From positions 64,001 through 128,000 of the IMG/VR virus record IMGVR_UViG_3300033146_004404: a DNA stretch of 64,000 bases. One strand, written 5' to 3'. The translations under genes were made by a program, and so were the position numbers. The notes beneath the pieces were generated by a model. The model did no database searches. It saw nothing but the letters and a program-made list of their open reading frames with translations, and was not told the DNA's origin. The stretch comes from a virus (Duplodnaviria > Heunggongvirae > Uroviricota > Caudoviricetes). This document shows positions 37,926-47,635 of the stretch, piece by piece. Positions within the stretch are counted from its first letter, which is position 1. The number at the start of each line of letters is the position of its first letter.

Positions 37926-37993
37926 CTACTTAGTAGAAATCTCCGATTTCTACTATATTATTAATGAGAACTACAGTTCTCTTTAGTCAGAAA
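37926..37993. repeat. ~68-bp double-hairpin element, copy A
   Basis: Near-identical to reverse complement of 63823-63889; hairpins TAGTAGAAATC-TCC-GATTTCTACTA and GAGAAC-TACA-GTTCTC. Confidence 0.85.
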
Positions 37994-39007
37994 TATTTTT
38001 CTCTTTTCAAGATATTTATAAATCTCTTTATATATATGACAGGTGATCTTATCGTCTATTCCATACTCACCATTTTTATTATAATAGAACGCAGAACATC
38101 CAAAGTTGCATATATCTTTAGCATAACAGGTATCACATCCTATTGCTTTAACATACTCGTTCTTCTTTTCTATAAGAGAAATATATTTCTGAATTTGTTT
38201 CAGTTCAAGAAAATCTTTTCCTGTCTTGATTGGTATTGGTATATCATAGTTAGGACATAATGTTTCAGTGCCATCAGGTTCAATAGATATCATTGACATC
38301 CCAGCACCACAGAACATTGTATCACATGTACTCTTATTATTTGTTTTTCCATTTATTATATCATCAAATAATTCATAGATCTCAACGAAAGATGTATAGC
38401 CAGTATTGATATACTCATTTAAGAATAATTCATATGCCTTCTCAAACAAATTATCTATATAATCATTGGCTATAAAATTTACACAGTTCGCACCAAGTTG
38501 AGTTATTCCCTTTAGCTCATTAATGTTATCGTCATTGATTACAGTAGAGATAGTATAGTTGATATTGTATTTCTTTAATAGCTCAATTTTATCTAGGATA
38601 ACAGAGTTCTTTACTTCTCTACTTCTCTCATTACTTGGGCCATCATAGCTTACACCTAATGATACATTAAACCTAGAGAGTAGAACAGCCATTTCCTCAT
38701 CAATCAATACAGTGTTAGTCTGTAGATTAACTGAGTGGTTTATGTCAGTTAAAGTATTCTCTATATAGAGTAGGATCCTAGACAGCAGATTACTTCCAAT
38801 CATTAATGGCTCGCCGCCGAATAATGTAATGAAGATTCTGTCTGTTCTACTGTTCTTTATATAGTCAGCGTGAAGATGATCTATTGTGTTTTTTAATATA
38901 GGGAAAGTAATAGTCTCTTTGCTCTTATGTTTTTGGTAACAATAAGAGCAATTGAGATTGCATTGATTGGTTAGTCTAATTGTAAGTTGCTTTACTTGAC
39001 TAAACAC
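37961..39007 (-). CDS. radical SAM/SPASM maturase
   Basis: CNLNCSYC, FGGEP, SPASM CDTMFCGAG...C...CDTCYAKDICNFGC...C. Confidence 0.92.
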   Translation of the reverse strand: MFSQVKQLTIRLTNQCNLNCSYCYQKHKSKETITFPILKNTIDHLHADYIKNSRTDRIFITLFGGEPLMIGSNLLSRILLYIENTLTDINHSVNLQTNTVLIDEEMAVLLSRFNVSLGVSYDGPSNERSREVKNSVILDKIELLKKYNINYTISTVINDDNINELKGITQLGANCVNFIANDYIDNLFEKAYELFLNEYINTGYTSFVEIYELFDDIINGKTNNKSTCDTMFCGAGMSMISIEPDGTETLCPNYDIPIPIKTGKDFLELKQIQKYISLIEKKNEYVKAIGCDTCYAKDICNFGCSAFYYNKNGEYGIDDKITCHIYKEIYKYLEKRKIFLTKENCSSH

Positions 39008-41211
39008 TAGTAAAGGAAAGTAGGTTTTATAACATAGTCTACCTGTTTCTCCAGTAAAGGATTATAAAATTTATTCTTCTTATTTATATGCCTATCAAAT
39101 GTATTGCGTGGCATATTCCAATATCCTTTTATATAATCTCTTGTGACATTCCTTGTTGTTATAGAATCATAAGATATTTTATTTTCCATACTAGAAAACA
39201 TTGCAGAGTTAGCTAAGACTAACATTTCATCTATTATATCCATCACGCCTCCTGAGCCTATGTCTAAATCAACATACACTCGTGTTGCGCTTAGAGATTC
39301 ATTTATAATAATTGTTAACAAGTCCTTTACTTCTTCGTCTTCATTATAACTAAAGAACATATAATAATTATGTATCTTAGATAAGTCTTCTGATACTTTA
39401 GAGAACATTTGATTATTTAATTTATATACATTCTTCTTGTATAAGTAAAAGATCTCGTCTCTATATCTATCTATTAAGTCTTTCATGTTCCATTTATTGT
39501 TATCTATATTATATCGTATTTTAAGATTATTCTTGACAGAGATTAATGAAAGTACTCTAACATATAACATATTAGTAGGTTGTTTTTTTAAAAGAAAGTG
39601 TTCTATTCTTTTTTCAAGGTTCTCTATCAACTGCTCTATAAATAAATTGTTCTTAATCCAATGAGTTTCTATTGTTAAGTATCTTGTAAGAGTATAGGAT
39701 CTCGTAACAATCTTTATGTTATCGTATTCCATCCCTAAAAACTTATTCTTTTCTATTGTGTCTTTATTATAATTCTCAGCTTTAAGAGTTATATTAAAAG
39801 GCTCATAGAAAGTATTAATACTTTCTATAGCAAAGTATTTTTTAAAAGAATCTATATTATCTAACTTGAGATCTTTCTCTATTGCATCTAGTGATGCATT
39901 CTCTATACAAAACTTTTTGAATGTTTCATTGAGCTTCTTTTTTTCTTTACTTATATCTCTAAAAATAAAGAACTTCTCATATAACTTCAATGACAACTTA
40001 ATAAATAAATCAAGATGTGAATACTGAAAAGCTAGTACATAGACTTCATCTAATAATTCCCAGATGCCTTCATTGTAAGAATTAACTTTCATTGTTTTAA
40101 AAGCAACAACAAATAACTTAGAAACTAAATCTTTATTGTGTATATTTTCTTTTATTAGAACAAGTAACCTACTATAGAACTTAAGATCGCTTCTCCCTGA
40201 GAATATAAAGCATGTTTCAAAAATTTTTCTGTTATCAGCATCAAATAATTCCAGATAATCTTCTAATGAATAGAAGCTCTCTACAACAGTTTCATTGATC
40301 TGGACACAATCTTCAATTAACTCCTCAAAGTCTTGTGAGCGGCTCTTAACGTCGTACTCCTGATACTTAAAGAACTCTTTATAATCTTTTAACGTTTCTA
40401 CAGAAGACTTCTTTTTAACCTCATTAGTGTATTCTTTATTGTATTTATTAAACTCTCCTATTAAGTATTGAGCTTCAAAATAATTGTCACCTGTTATAAT
40501 ATACTTAATGTCTTTAGTCCAATCTATAAAGTTCTTTTCACCTGTTTTTATTTCTATTAAGTCTTCTTGTACAGGATCTAACCTTATCTCTTCATTCTCT
40601 ATATAATACAATGCGTCATTGTTATAGCTAGAGTCTATGAATGTAAAGTTTGTAATGCCTTTAAGAAACTCTGTGAACTTAGAGTTGTTTGATATACTCA
40701 TTCCTGGATCAAGAAGCTCTTCTATCTTTTTCTTAGCTATATATAAAATAGAGCTTATTATACTTTCATTTGTTATATATTCTTCTCTACTTTGTAATTC
40801 CTTTATTCTCTTAGCAGCCAACGAGATAATAGATTGATCATTATCTACAGTTATATAGTTACTGTACTTTGAAAGAAAAAGAACTATGTTTTCACTATAG
40901 TTCTCTGTTACAACCATCTCTTCATTGTAATATAAATTAAAGAGTTCTCTTAACAAGAAGAATGTTTCATCTAAAATAAAAGACTCATTATCTCCTACTC
41001 TTTTACACGCTACCTTATTTAATCCTGAGATATTACAACAATTCAATGATAATATATTATCATTCACTTTGACATCAAAGTAATTAGCAGGATAAATATA
41101 TATTTCTTCTGTCTCATTTACTGCTTTGATATACTTATCACGACAGCAATAGAAATACTCTATGTTATTTATTAACTCTGCTGACTTATTGCTATAGATA
41201 TACTTAATCAT
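39007..41211 (-). CDS. 734-aa hypothetical protein in radical SAM island
   Basis: Translationally coupled on both sides; no recognisable catalytic motif. Confidence 0.7.
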   Translation of the reverse strand: MIKYIYSNKSAELINNIEYFYCCRDKYIKAVNETEEIYIYPANYFDVKVNDNILSLNCCNISGLNKVACKRVGDNESFILDETFFLLRELFNLYYNEEMVVTENYSENIVLFLSKYSNYITVDNDQSIISLAAKRIKELQSREEYITNESIISSILYIAKKKIEELLDPGMSISNNSKFTEFLKGITNFTFIDSSYNNDALYYIENEEIRLDPVQEDLIEIKTGEKNFIDWTKDIKYIITGDNYFEAQYLIGEFNKYNKEYTNEVKKKSSVETLKDYKEFFKYQEYDVKSRSQDFEELIEDCVQINETVVESFYSLEDYLELFDADNRKIFETCFIFSGRSDLKFYSRLLVLIKENIHNKDLVSKLFVVAFKTMKVNSYNEGIWELLDEVYVLAFQYSHLDLFIKLSLKLYEKFFIFRDISKEKKKLNETFKKFCIENASLDAIEKDLKLDNIDSFKKYFAIESINTFYEPFNITLKAENYNKDTIEKNKFLGMEYDNIKIVTRSYTLTRYLTIETHWIKNNLFIEQLIENLEKRIEHFLLKKQPTNMLYVRVLSLISVKNNLKIRYNIDNNKWNMKDLIDRYRDEIFYLYKKNVYKLNNQMFSKVSEDLSKIHNYYMFFSYNEDEEVKDLLTIIINESLSATRVYVDLDIGSGGVMDIIDEMLVLANSAMFSSMENKISYDSITTRNVTRDYIKGYWNMPRNTFDRHINKKNKFYNPLLEKQVDYVIKPTFLY

Positions 41212-42187
41212 TGATCCCTATCGCTTCCTCGCTCAAATCGTAAAAGGCCAAACACGGCCCGTGACATAGCCCTTCTTTATTAAATCTACATACTTTACAT
41301 TCTTCTGGTAATTCTACTGTAGATTCCAGTATGTCATATCTCAGTTTTAATTCACTTGCTGCTGTTTCATAATTAGTATACTTATTAAGGTTTATACTTA
41401 TAGATTCTTTCAAAGGATATCCATGTGATAAAGTCATATTAGGAAATAAGTCTGCAGGTGCTCCATCACATATAGATCTTGGATTAAAAAACTTATTTAA
41501 GAACTTATAGTCTTCTCTTGAAAACATACACGGAAAAATTATACAATCTACTGATATAGGAGCCTTTATAGACATAGACTTCATTGCCATAGCTACAAAC
41601 TTCTTCCCTAACTCTTTATTGTTTATTACATAGAAATCCCCTTTGTCTTTTTGAGCACCAGGAAAATTTATACTTAGTCTCATTCTTTCTATTGCTACAA
41701 GATTCTCTATAAGGTAATCATAATAAGTCATGTAGTATTCTATAGACCTATTGTTGTCAAATGTTATACCACATGACATAGTGTCTTCCTTTCCTAATTT
41801 ATAAAGAAGTGAATAAATCATATTATAGTTCCTCTTGAACTTCTCCATTCTGTTCTTCTCATCTAACTCTGTGCTGTTAATAAGGAATCCTATGTGAACT
41901 TTACTTCGTATCAAAACTTCCATTAATCCTTTCAATACTTCTTCAGTAAATAGAAAGTTAGATATTATAACAAATTCTCTGTTTTGATCTACAAGATAAT
42001 TAATGAACTTTAAAAACTCAGGATGTATAGTAGGCTCACCACCAATTAATTTAATTACTTGATCAGTTTTAGAGACTATGTCTTTCAAGGTATCAAATGT
42101 CATTACATCTTTGCTCTCTGCTCTAAATTTAGATGCAAAACAATATGAACATCCTTTATTACATGATGGCGTTAATACTAAATTCAT
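41204..42187 (-). CDS. radical SAM protein with SPASM-like C-terminus
   Basis: CNKGCSYC, IGGEP, C-terminal CKVC...CHGPC. Confidence 0.9.
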   Translation of the reverse strand: MNLVLTPSCNKGCSYCFASKFRAESKDVMTFDTLKDIVSKTDQVIKLIGGEPTIHPEFLKFINYLVDQNREFVIISNFLFTEEVLKGLMEVLIRSKVHIGFLINSTELDEKNRMEKFKRNYNMIYSLLYKLGKEDTMSCGITFDNNRSIEYYMTYYDYLIENLVAIERMRLSINFPGAQKDKGDFYVINNKELGKKFVAMAMKSMSIKAPISVDCIIFPCMFSREDYKFLNKFFNPRSICDGAPADLFPNMTLSHGYPLKESISINLNKYTNYETAASELKLRYDILESTVELPEECKVCRFNKEGLCHGPCLAFYDLSEEAIGIND

Positions 42188-43446
42188 TTTTTCTCCATTA
42201 TAATTTGATTATCAACAATACTTAAAACACGCCCTTGATTCTCTATATATCTAGCAAGTGATGAATTTTTGTTTATATGATAGATAGTTCCACCAAATTC
42301 TATTTTTCTGTATTTCTTTATATACGTATCTATTATTTTTCTCTCGCTCTTTAATAAATACTTATAAAGATTCTTATAGATAGGACAAACTAATTCTGTT
42401 CTTATCCCTGTTTTACCTGTTTTGCTAAATTTAAATGCCATACATCCATGATCACATATTTTATCTGCATAACATGTATCACATTCATTCTCTATGACAT
42501 GTTTGTGTTTGTCGTATACAAAGTCTGTATATCTCTTTATGTGCTGCAAGTCAAGAAAATCATTGTCATCTATATGCCCAACATAAGCTTCTTTGAAATC
42601 CTCACTCCATCTTCCACAAATATGAAACTTACCATCAGGGCTCATTTCTATTACTCTAACTCCACCGCCACATATCTTCTCCCCACAGTTAGAATGATAG
42701 TCTAAATCACATAAAGATAACCTTGTAATAAGAAACTTCTTTATGAGTCTATCAACATTAGTGTCGTTAAACACTCCAGTTTGTATATAACTGTCTATCG
42801 CTGGCTTTAAAGAATATAAGAAGAAATCATACCCGCTTACCTCACCCCCAATGTTATTGACGTCTTCGGCGTAATTAACCTTAAGGGGCATGTTGTATTT
42901 CTCTTTGATATACTCTATGCTCTCATTGATATTGTCTATGTTGTGTTCTCCTAATACCATTATCAATCCAAAGCTTATATTATAAGCTTTTAGCATATCA
43001 AACTTAACTTCCATTGTATTCTCTAAAAACTTTCCTCTAGCGTCGTTGCCACCTTCTATTCCATCAAAGGATGCTCCTACCCCTACGCTGTAACGTGCGA
43101 ATAGGGCACATAGCTCTTCTGTGAGTAAGGTTAGGTTGGTCTGCATGTCAGTTACTATACTAAGGTGATATCTCTTATTAGTATAGTCTATATATTTGAA
43201 CATCTTGGCTAATAACGGAAGCTCTAAGAGCAATGGTTCACCGCCGTGTAGTGTGATAGAGAATCGACTGTTGTGCTTTCCAATTACTGTTAGATCCTTA
43301 GCGATCTTATCAACAGCTTTTTTGAACATATCTAGTGAAATTCTTTCACCTTTAAAAGAGTCTTTATTTTTTATATAACAATACTCACACCTTAAGTTAC
43401 AATCTCTTGTTGTCTTTAGAATAAGTTGATTAGCATTTTGAAACAT
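42184..43446 (-). CDS. radical SAM/SPASM maturase
   Basis: CNLRCEYC, HGGEP, CGEKICGGG...C...CDTCYADKICDHGC...C. Confidence 0.92.
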   Translation of the reverse strand: MFQNANQLILKTTRDCNLRCEYCYIKNKDSFKGERISLDMFKKAVDKIAKDLTVIGKHNSRFSITLHGGEPLLLELPLLAKMFKYIDYTNKRYHLSIVTDMQTNLTLLTEELCALFARYSVGVGASFDGIEGGNDARGKFLENTMEVKFDMLKAYNISFGLIMVLGEHNIDNINESIEYIKEKYNMPLKVNYAEDVNNIGGEVSGYDFFLYSLKPAIDSYIQTGVFNDTNVDRLIKKFLITRLSLCDLDYHSNCGEKICGGGVRVIEMSPDGKFHICGRWSEDFKEAYVGHIDDNDFLDLQHIKRYTDFVYDKHKHVIENECDTCYADKICDHGCMAFKFSKTGKTGIRTELVCPIYKNLYKYLLKSERKIIDTYIKKYRKIEFGGTIYHINKNSSLARYIENQGRVLSIVDNQIIMEKK

Positions 43447-43449
43447 AGA

Positions 43450-43653
43450 TTAACTCTTATTCATATTGAAGTCAATAGCTTTAACAAATTTATTAAAACA
43501 TTCTTGGCAGACTACTTCTTTGGTTTCCATTGACATGTTACCTATAGATTCCCAAGTTTCAATACTTGTTTCACGTTCAGCTTCTATTTTAAAGCCTATA
43601 AATAATTTTAATTCTTTGATTTTTTTGTTGCATCTTGTACATTCATTTATCAT
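43450..43653 (-). CDS. small CxxC-x40-CxxC protein
   Basis: CTRC...CQEC; paralog of 46204..46401 and of the C-terminus of 47628..48755. Confidence 0.75.
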   Translation of the reverse strand: MINECTRCNKKIKELKLFIGFKIEAERETSIETWESIGNMSMETKEVVCQECFNKFVKAIDFNMNKS

Positions 43654-44738
43654 TCTGTTATCTCCTTAGCGATATCTGTTAATAGTAATGAGATTTTACA
43701 TAAATTAGGATTAAGCTCTTCCAGACTGTTTGTATGTTGTTCATGCCCTGCAACGCATCCACCATTACACCAATAAGCAGCTTTACAATTTTCACAATCT
43801 TTATTTACTTTAAATTTATTAAAATCTGTTCTAGCTTTCATTACATCAAAGAAAGAATTATTAGTATATCCATTGAAGATATCTCCATAGAAATAATTAA
43901 AGTCTTTAGGGGCTTCTTCAAGATAAGAAAACATTTGATGACAAAATATCAATTGACCATTAGGGGAAATGGACACATTGCTTTGTGGGGTAAAACAAAA
44001 GTGATTGGAATCATTATCTTTATTTAAAGTTCTTAGAAGACCATTGAATAGTGGCTGCTTCTTAACTTTGAATAAATAGATCATTTGGTTATATAAAGAT
44101 TCTATCATTTCATCTGTAATCTCCATAGAGAAATTGAATTGTATATTTGGATGCAATCCTATTTTTACTAAGAAGTCATAACTATCAGCAAAGTCTTTAT
44201 AGTTATTCTCATGAACTACGAATAGTCCTGCTACTTGCTTATTGTATTGATGTGATTTAGACATCAGCTCAGGTAATCTTTTCATAGTGTCATTCCAAGA
44301 ACCACTCTTATCTATTTTATATCTATTCCTGTCATGAACTTCTCTTTTACCATCTAAAGATACACCTACTTGTATATTGTTTTCTATTAAGAAATCTATA
44401 TCTTTAGAATCAAAGAGAGTGAGATTAGTATTAAGATGAAGACGAAAGTCTATATTAGTTTTCTTTAACTCTTCTATAAGGCTAGTAACAAAAGTCCAAT
44501 TGACTGAAGGTTCTCCGCCGAATAGAGAGATCTCTATTTGTTCATCTGCTTTAGTTATTTCTATAAATTTTATAAGGTCAGGTATCATTTCTATTTGCAT
44601 GGAAGTATTAGCTTTTTTATCTGTTACTTTAGATCTGTCACAGTAGTGGTCGTCATAGCAATACTTGCACCTTAGATTACATTCTTCTGTTATTATCAAT
44701 TCGTAATAGTTAAGGCTTACTTCTTCTGGTATAAACAT
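43650..44738 (-). CDS. radical SAM/SPASM maturase
   Basis: CNLRCKYC, FGGEP, CFTPQ...C...CENCKAAYWCNGGC...C. Confidence 0.92.
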   Translation of the reverse strand: MFIPEEVSLNYYELIITEECNLRCKYCYDDHYCDRSKVTDKKANTSMQIEMIPDLIKFIEITKADEQIEISLFGGEPSVNWTFVTSLIEELKKTNIDFRLHLNTNLTLFDSKDIDFLIENNIQVGVSLDGKREVHDRNRYKIDKSGSWNDTMKRLPELMSKSHQYNKQVAGLFVVHENNYKDFADSYDFLVKIGLHPNIQFNFSMEITDEMIESLYNQMIYLFKVKKQPLFNGLLRTLNKDNDSNHFCFTPQSNVSISPNGQLIFCHQMFSYLEEAPKDFNYFYGDIFNGYTNNSFFDVMKARTDFNKFKVNKDCENCKAAYWCNGGCVAGHEQHTNSLEELNPNLCKISLLLTDIAKEITE

Positions 44739-44749
44739 TTATTATCCTT

Positions 44750-45499
44750 TTAAAGAGACAATAAGTCCTTTAACTCTTTTATTTCATTTAAGTATAAAGC
44801 TTTTGCCTCTTCACTGAAAGTGTTGTCGATTGAATATGAGAAACAATTAGTACAGTCAGCTCCGTGAAGAGTATTGAAGTTGTAACAAGTTCCACATTCT
44901 TTATTATTTATGCCTTGGAAGTTATCATAAAGAATCATATCAGGTAATAATATAATCTCTGGAACTACCTGTAATAGATAAGGAGTAAGTAATTCAAAGT
45001 CTTCTGGAAATTCTTCTTCTTTGTATTCTAACACTTTATTTAAATATTCTTTGAATAATTCAAGGTCTTCAATATTGTATGATTGAAGTTCTTCTATGAA
45101 ATCTTTTTTGTAATGAACTACATACTCTACATTATCTATAGAAGATTTAATGTCAAGGAATGTTCTCCACTCCTCTATATATAATTCTATTACTATTTTA
45201 CTTATAGAGTCTTTTAATTTACTGTAGTTTAATTCAACTGCTTGATTATTAAAATCTTTTTCTTTTATTCTAACAATAGAATCTCTCATATTGATGAATG
45301 AAAGAGATGATTTACTGTTTAGGTTAAGGACTATTCTGTTGTTTGCAGAATGTATTGAGAAAGCAGAGAGTAATTTTTCATAGTCAAATAAGTGTTCTCC
45401 GTAGAATAAAAGTTCTTCTTGATTGTTCTTGAGAAACTCTTTTAATGTTTCACTGAAGTTTACTTCTTGATCGTTCGTCTTAGGTAATATTATTAACAT
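44750..45499 (-). CDS. degenerate radical-SAM/SPASM-like protein lacking CxxxCxxC
   Basis: FYGEHL resembles GGEPL, LLPD resembles ISPDG, retains CGTC...CTNC; SAM-cluster cysteines absent. Confidence 0.5.
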   Translation of the reverse strand: MLIILPKTNDQEVNFSETLKEFLKNNQEELLFYGEHLFDYEKLLSAFSIHSANNRIVLNLNSKSSLSFINMRDSIVRIKEKDFNNQAVELNYSKLKDSISKIVIELYIEEWRTFLDIKSSIDNVEYVVHYKKDFIEELQSYNIEDLELFKEYLNKVLEYKEEEFPEDFELLTPYLLQVVPEIILLPDMILYDNFQGINNKECGTCYNFNTLHGADCTNCFSYSIDNTFSEEAKALYLNEIKELKDLLSL

Positions 45500-45502
45500 G
45501 TC

Positions 45503-46204
45503 TTAACCGTTTGAATAATTAACATGATTAGAATGGCTAGCGTGAGTTGCATTAGTCCCACTAAACGTATTCGTATAAGCATGCCAAGCAGTAATATCTT
45601 TTGTCCTTAATTCACTAACAGCTGAAGCTAATCCTTCTAATTCTTGCTTATCTATCTTATTAGCATTTTCTTCCTTCGCTTCATTAATTAAAGTAGGGTT
45701 ACCTAATTGTCCTAATAGATCATTGAACTGCGCTCCTAGATTTTTTACTTTATAAGCAGTAGCTAATTCATCGTCATCAAAAGTTAAAGCTGATGCAGCG
45801 AGAGTAACTCCATCTCCCTTCTGCGAAATTAAAGTATTTAAATTAGTTTGAACTTCTTCTAGCATATCACCTAAATTGTATCCTACCTTTTCACTATCTA
45901 ATACTTTAACAGAACCATTATCGTCGTCATCCCAATATGTCCAATTAAAATCTGTTTGTGCTAGTGCTCCACTTGTTATAGAATAACTTTTATGATTAGA
46001 GTAGCTATAATGTATAGCACAGTCATCGATATTATTTATGTAAATAACGTGATTGTAATGACTGTTATCGCTGTACCCTATTCTCCAGCAGTTATTGTCA
46101 TAATCTGTATAATCTGTATATGAATATTTATAACAGTATAAAGAGTTAGTATGAGTTCTACTATCACTTCCTTGTGCATAATTAAAGTATTCACTATATC
46201 CCAT
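45503..46204 (-). CDS. candidate radical-SAM substrate: His/Tyr-X-Asn/Asp/Ser repeat protein
   Basis: Likely start 46204 (TAATG overlap; ORF track 46237); N-term YTD-YTD-YDN, YSD, HYN, YSN-HKS; C-term HAS-HSN-HVN-YSN. Confidence 0.7.
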   Translation of the reverse strand: MGYSEYFNYAQGSDSRTHTNSLYCYKYSYTDYTDYDNNCWRIGYSDNSHYNHVIYINNIDDCAIHYSYSNHKSYSITSGALAQTDFNWTYWDDDDNGSVKVLDSEKVGYNLGDMLEEVQTNLNTLISQKGDGVTLAASALTFDDDELATAYKVKNLGAQFNDLLGQLGNPTLINEAKEENANKIDKQELEGLASAVSELRTKDITAWHAYTNTFSGTNATHASHSNHVNYSNG

Positions 46205-46401
46205 TATTCTTCCTTTGTATTCATATTGATAAAACATTCTTGAAACTTATCAAAGCAGCTAGAACAAACATTCTCATGGTCTAATACTGTGTTCTTAGAT
46301 ATCGCTTTAGATTTATCTAATATTATCTTTTCAGTTTCTATTTCTAACTCCATTTTTATACTAAAATCTTTTATTTCTTTATTGCATATGTCACATATCA
46401 C
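46204..46401 (-). CDS. small CxxC-x39-CxxC protein
   Basis: CDIC...CSSC; paralog of 43450..43653. Confidence 0.75.
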   Translation of the reverse strand: MICDICNKEIKDFSIKMELEIETEKIILDKSKAISKNTVLDHENVCSSCFDKFQECFINMNTKEE

Positions 46402-47635
46402 TACTTATCTCCAATGAATTCATCGTCGCACTTATTTTATTCTTAATGTTAAACTTCTTCAAACTCTTTATCTTATCATTAGATAGAACTTTAAAGTTAT
46501 TATCAACGCATGACTGTAATATAGAGTCTAAATTCTTTAGTATATAAGAATAAAAGCTCTTGTAATATCCACATATTAAGACTTGATCTATTCCATGTTT
46601 TTTGTGTTTAGAATAATAAAATGCGTCACATCCATGTGAACAAATATAACTCGCATAACATGTATCACATCCTGTTTCTTTATATGTCTTATCAGTAATC
46701 TTTCCTTTTTCTATAACTTTCTTTAATTGATATAATCCAAGGAAATCATAATCTAATGCATTCATCATATAAATTTCAGGAAAGCTTTCGCTGTGTCTAT
46801 CACAGTAATTAATTGTTCCGTTAGGTTCAATTCCTATCATAGATATGCCTGTGCCACACCATCTACTATCACATCCAGACTTTGAAGTTGTTTCATGTTC
46901 TGTTAATATATCTATTAGAGTTGACATAAGTAATGCTTGTATAGAACTATCTTTTGGCTTAATTCCTTCTATAAGATTATCTATTTCAGGCTTAGCTACT
47001 AATTCAAAAAACTCTTTTCCTGTTAGCTCAATCTTACTCTCTGCGTCTATCATCTCTTCTACAAAGTTTATCTTGTAGCTTCCTGATATTTTATCCATAT
47101 ATCTTTTCGTTGTTTCTATCTTATCGACATTGTCTTTAGTAGCAATTCCTATAAATCCAAAGTCTACTTTGCTATCTTCTAATAAGGTAAACTTCTCTTC
47201 GAAGAATTCTTGAGAAAAACTACATCTAGCGTTATTAGCTCCATCTATTCCATCAAATGATACTCCTATCTTCACATCAAATTTCTGTAATACTTTAGCT
47301 ATATCATCTGTTAATAATGTTATATTTGATTGACAACCAAAATTATAATTAAGATTGTTCTTGTCAAATACATTCTTCGCATAGTCTAATCTTTTATATA
47401 ACTCTTTTTCTCCTAGTAATAAAACTTCACCGCCGTGGAGAATGAAAGATAATTCTTCATTCTCTTTGCCGCTTACTACTCTCTGCTCTGCTATTCTATC
47501 TGTAATCTTTCTATATAATTCAAAGGATATAAGTTTCCCTTTATCTTCTTCTTTGTCCTTCATAAAACAATAAGAACAATTAAGATTACAATCTTTTGTC
47601 ATCCTGAATATTATTAAGTTAGTAAATCTAAACAT
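46391..47635 (-). CDS. radical SAM/SPASM maturase
   Basis: CNLNCSYC, HGGEV, CDSRWCGTG...C...CDTCYASYICSHGC...C. Confidence 0.92.
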   Translation of the reverse strand: MFRFTNLIIFRMTKDCNLNCSYCFMKDKEEDKGKLISFELYRKITDRIAEQRVVSGKENEELSFILHGGEVLLLGEKELYKRLDYAKNVFDKNNLNYNFGCQSNITLLTDDIAKVLQKFDVKIGVSFDGIDGANNARCSFSQEFFEEKFTLLEDSKVDFGFIGIATKDNVDKIETTKRYMDKISGSYKINFVEEMIDAESKIELTGKEFFELVAKPEIDNLIEGIKPKDSSIQALLMSTLIDILTEHETTSKSGCDSRWCGTGISMIGIEPNGTINYCDRHSESFPEIYMMNALDYDFLGLYQLKKVIEKGKITDKTYKETGCDTCYASYICSHGCDAFYYSKHKKHGIDQVLICGYYKSFYSYILKNLDSILQSCVDNNFKVLSNDKIKSLKKFNIKNKISATMNSLEISSDM

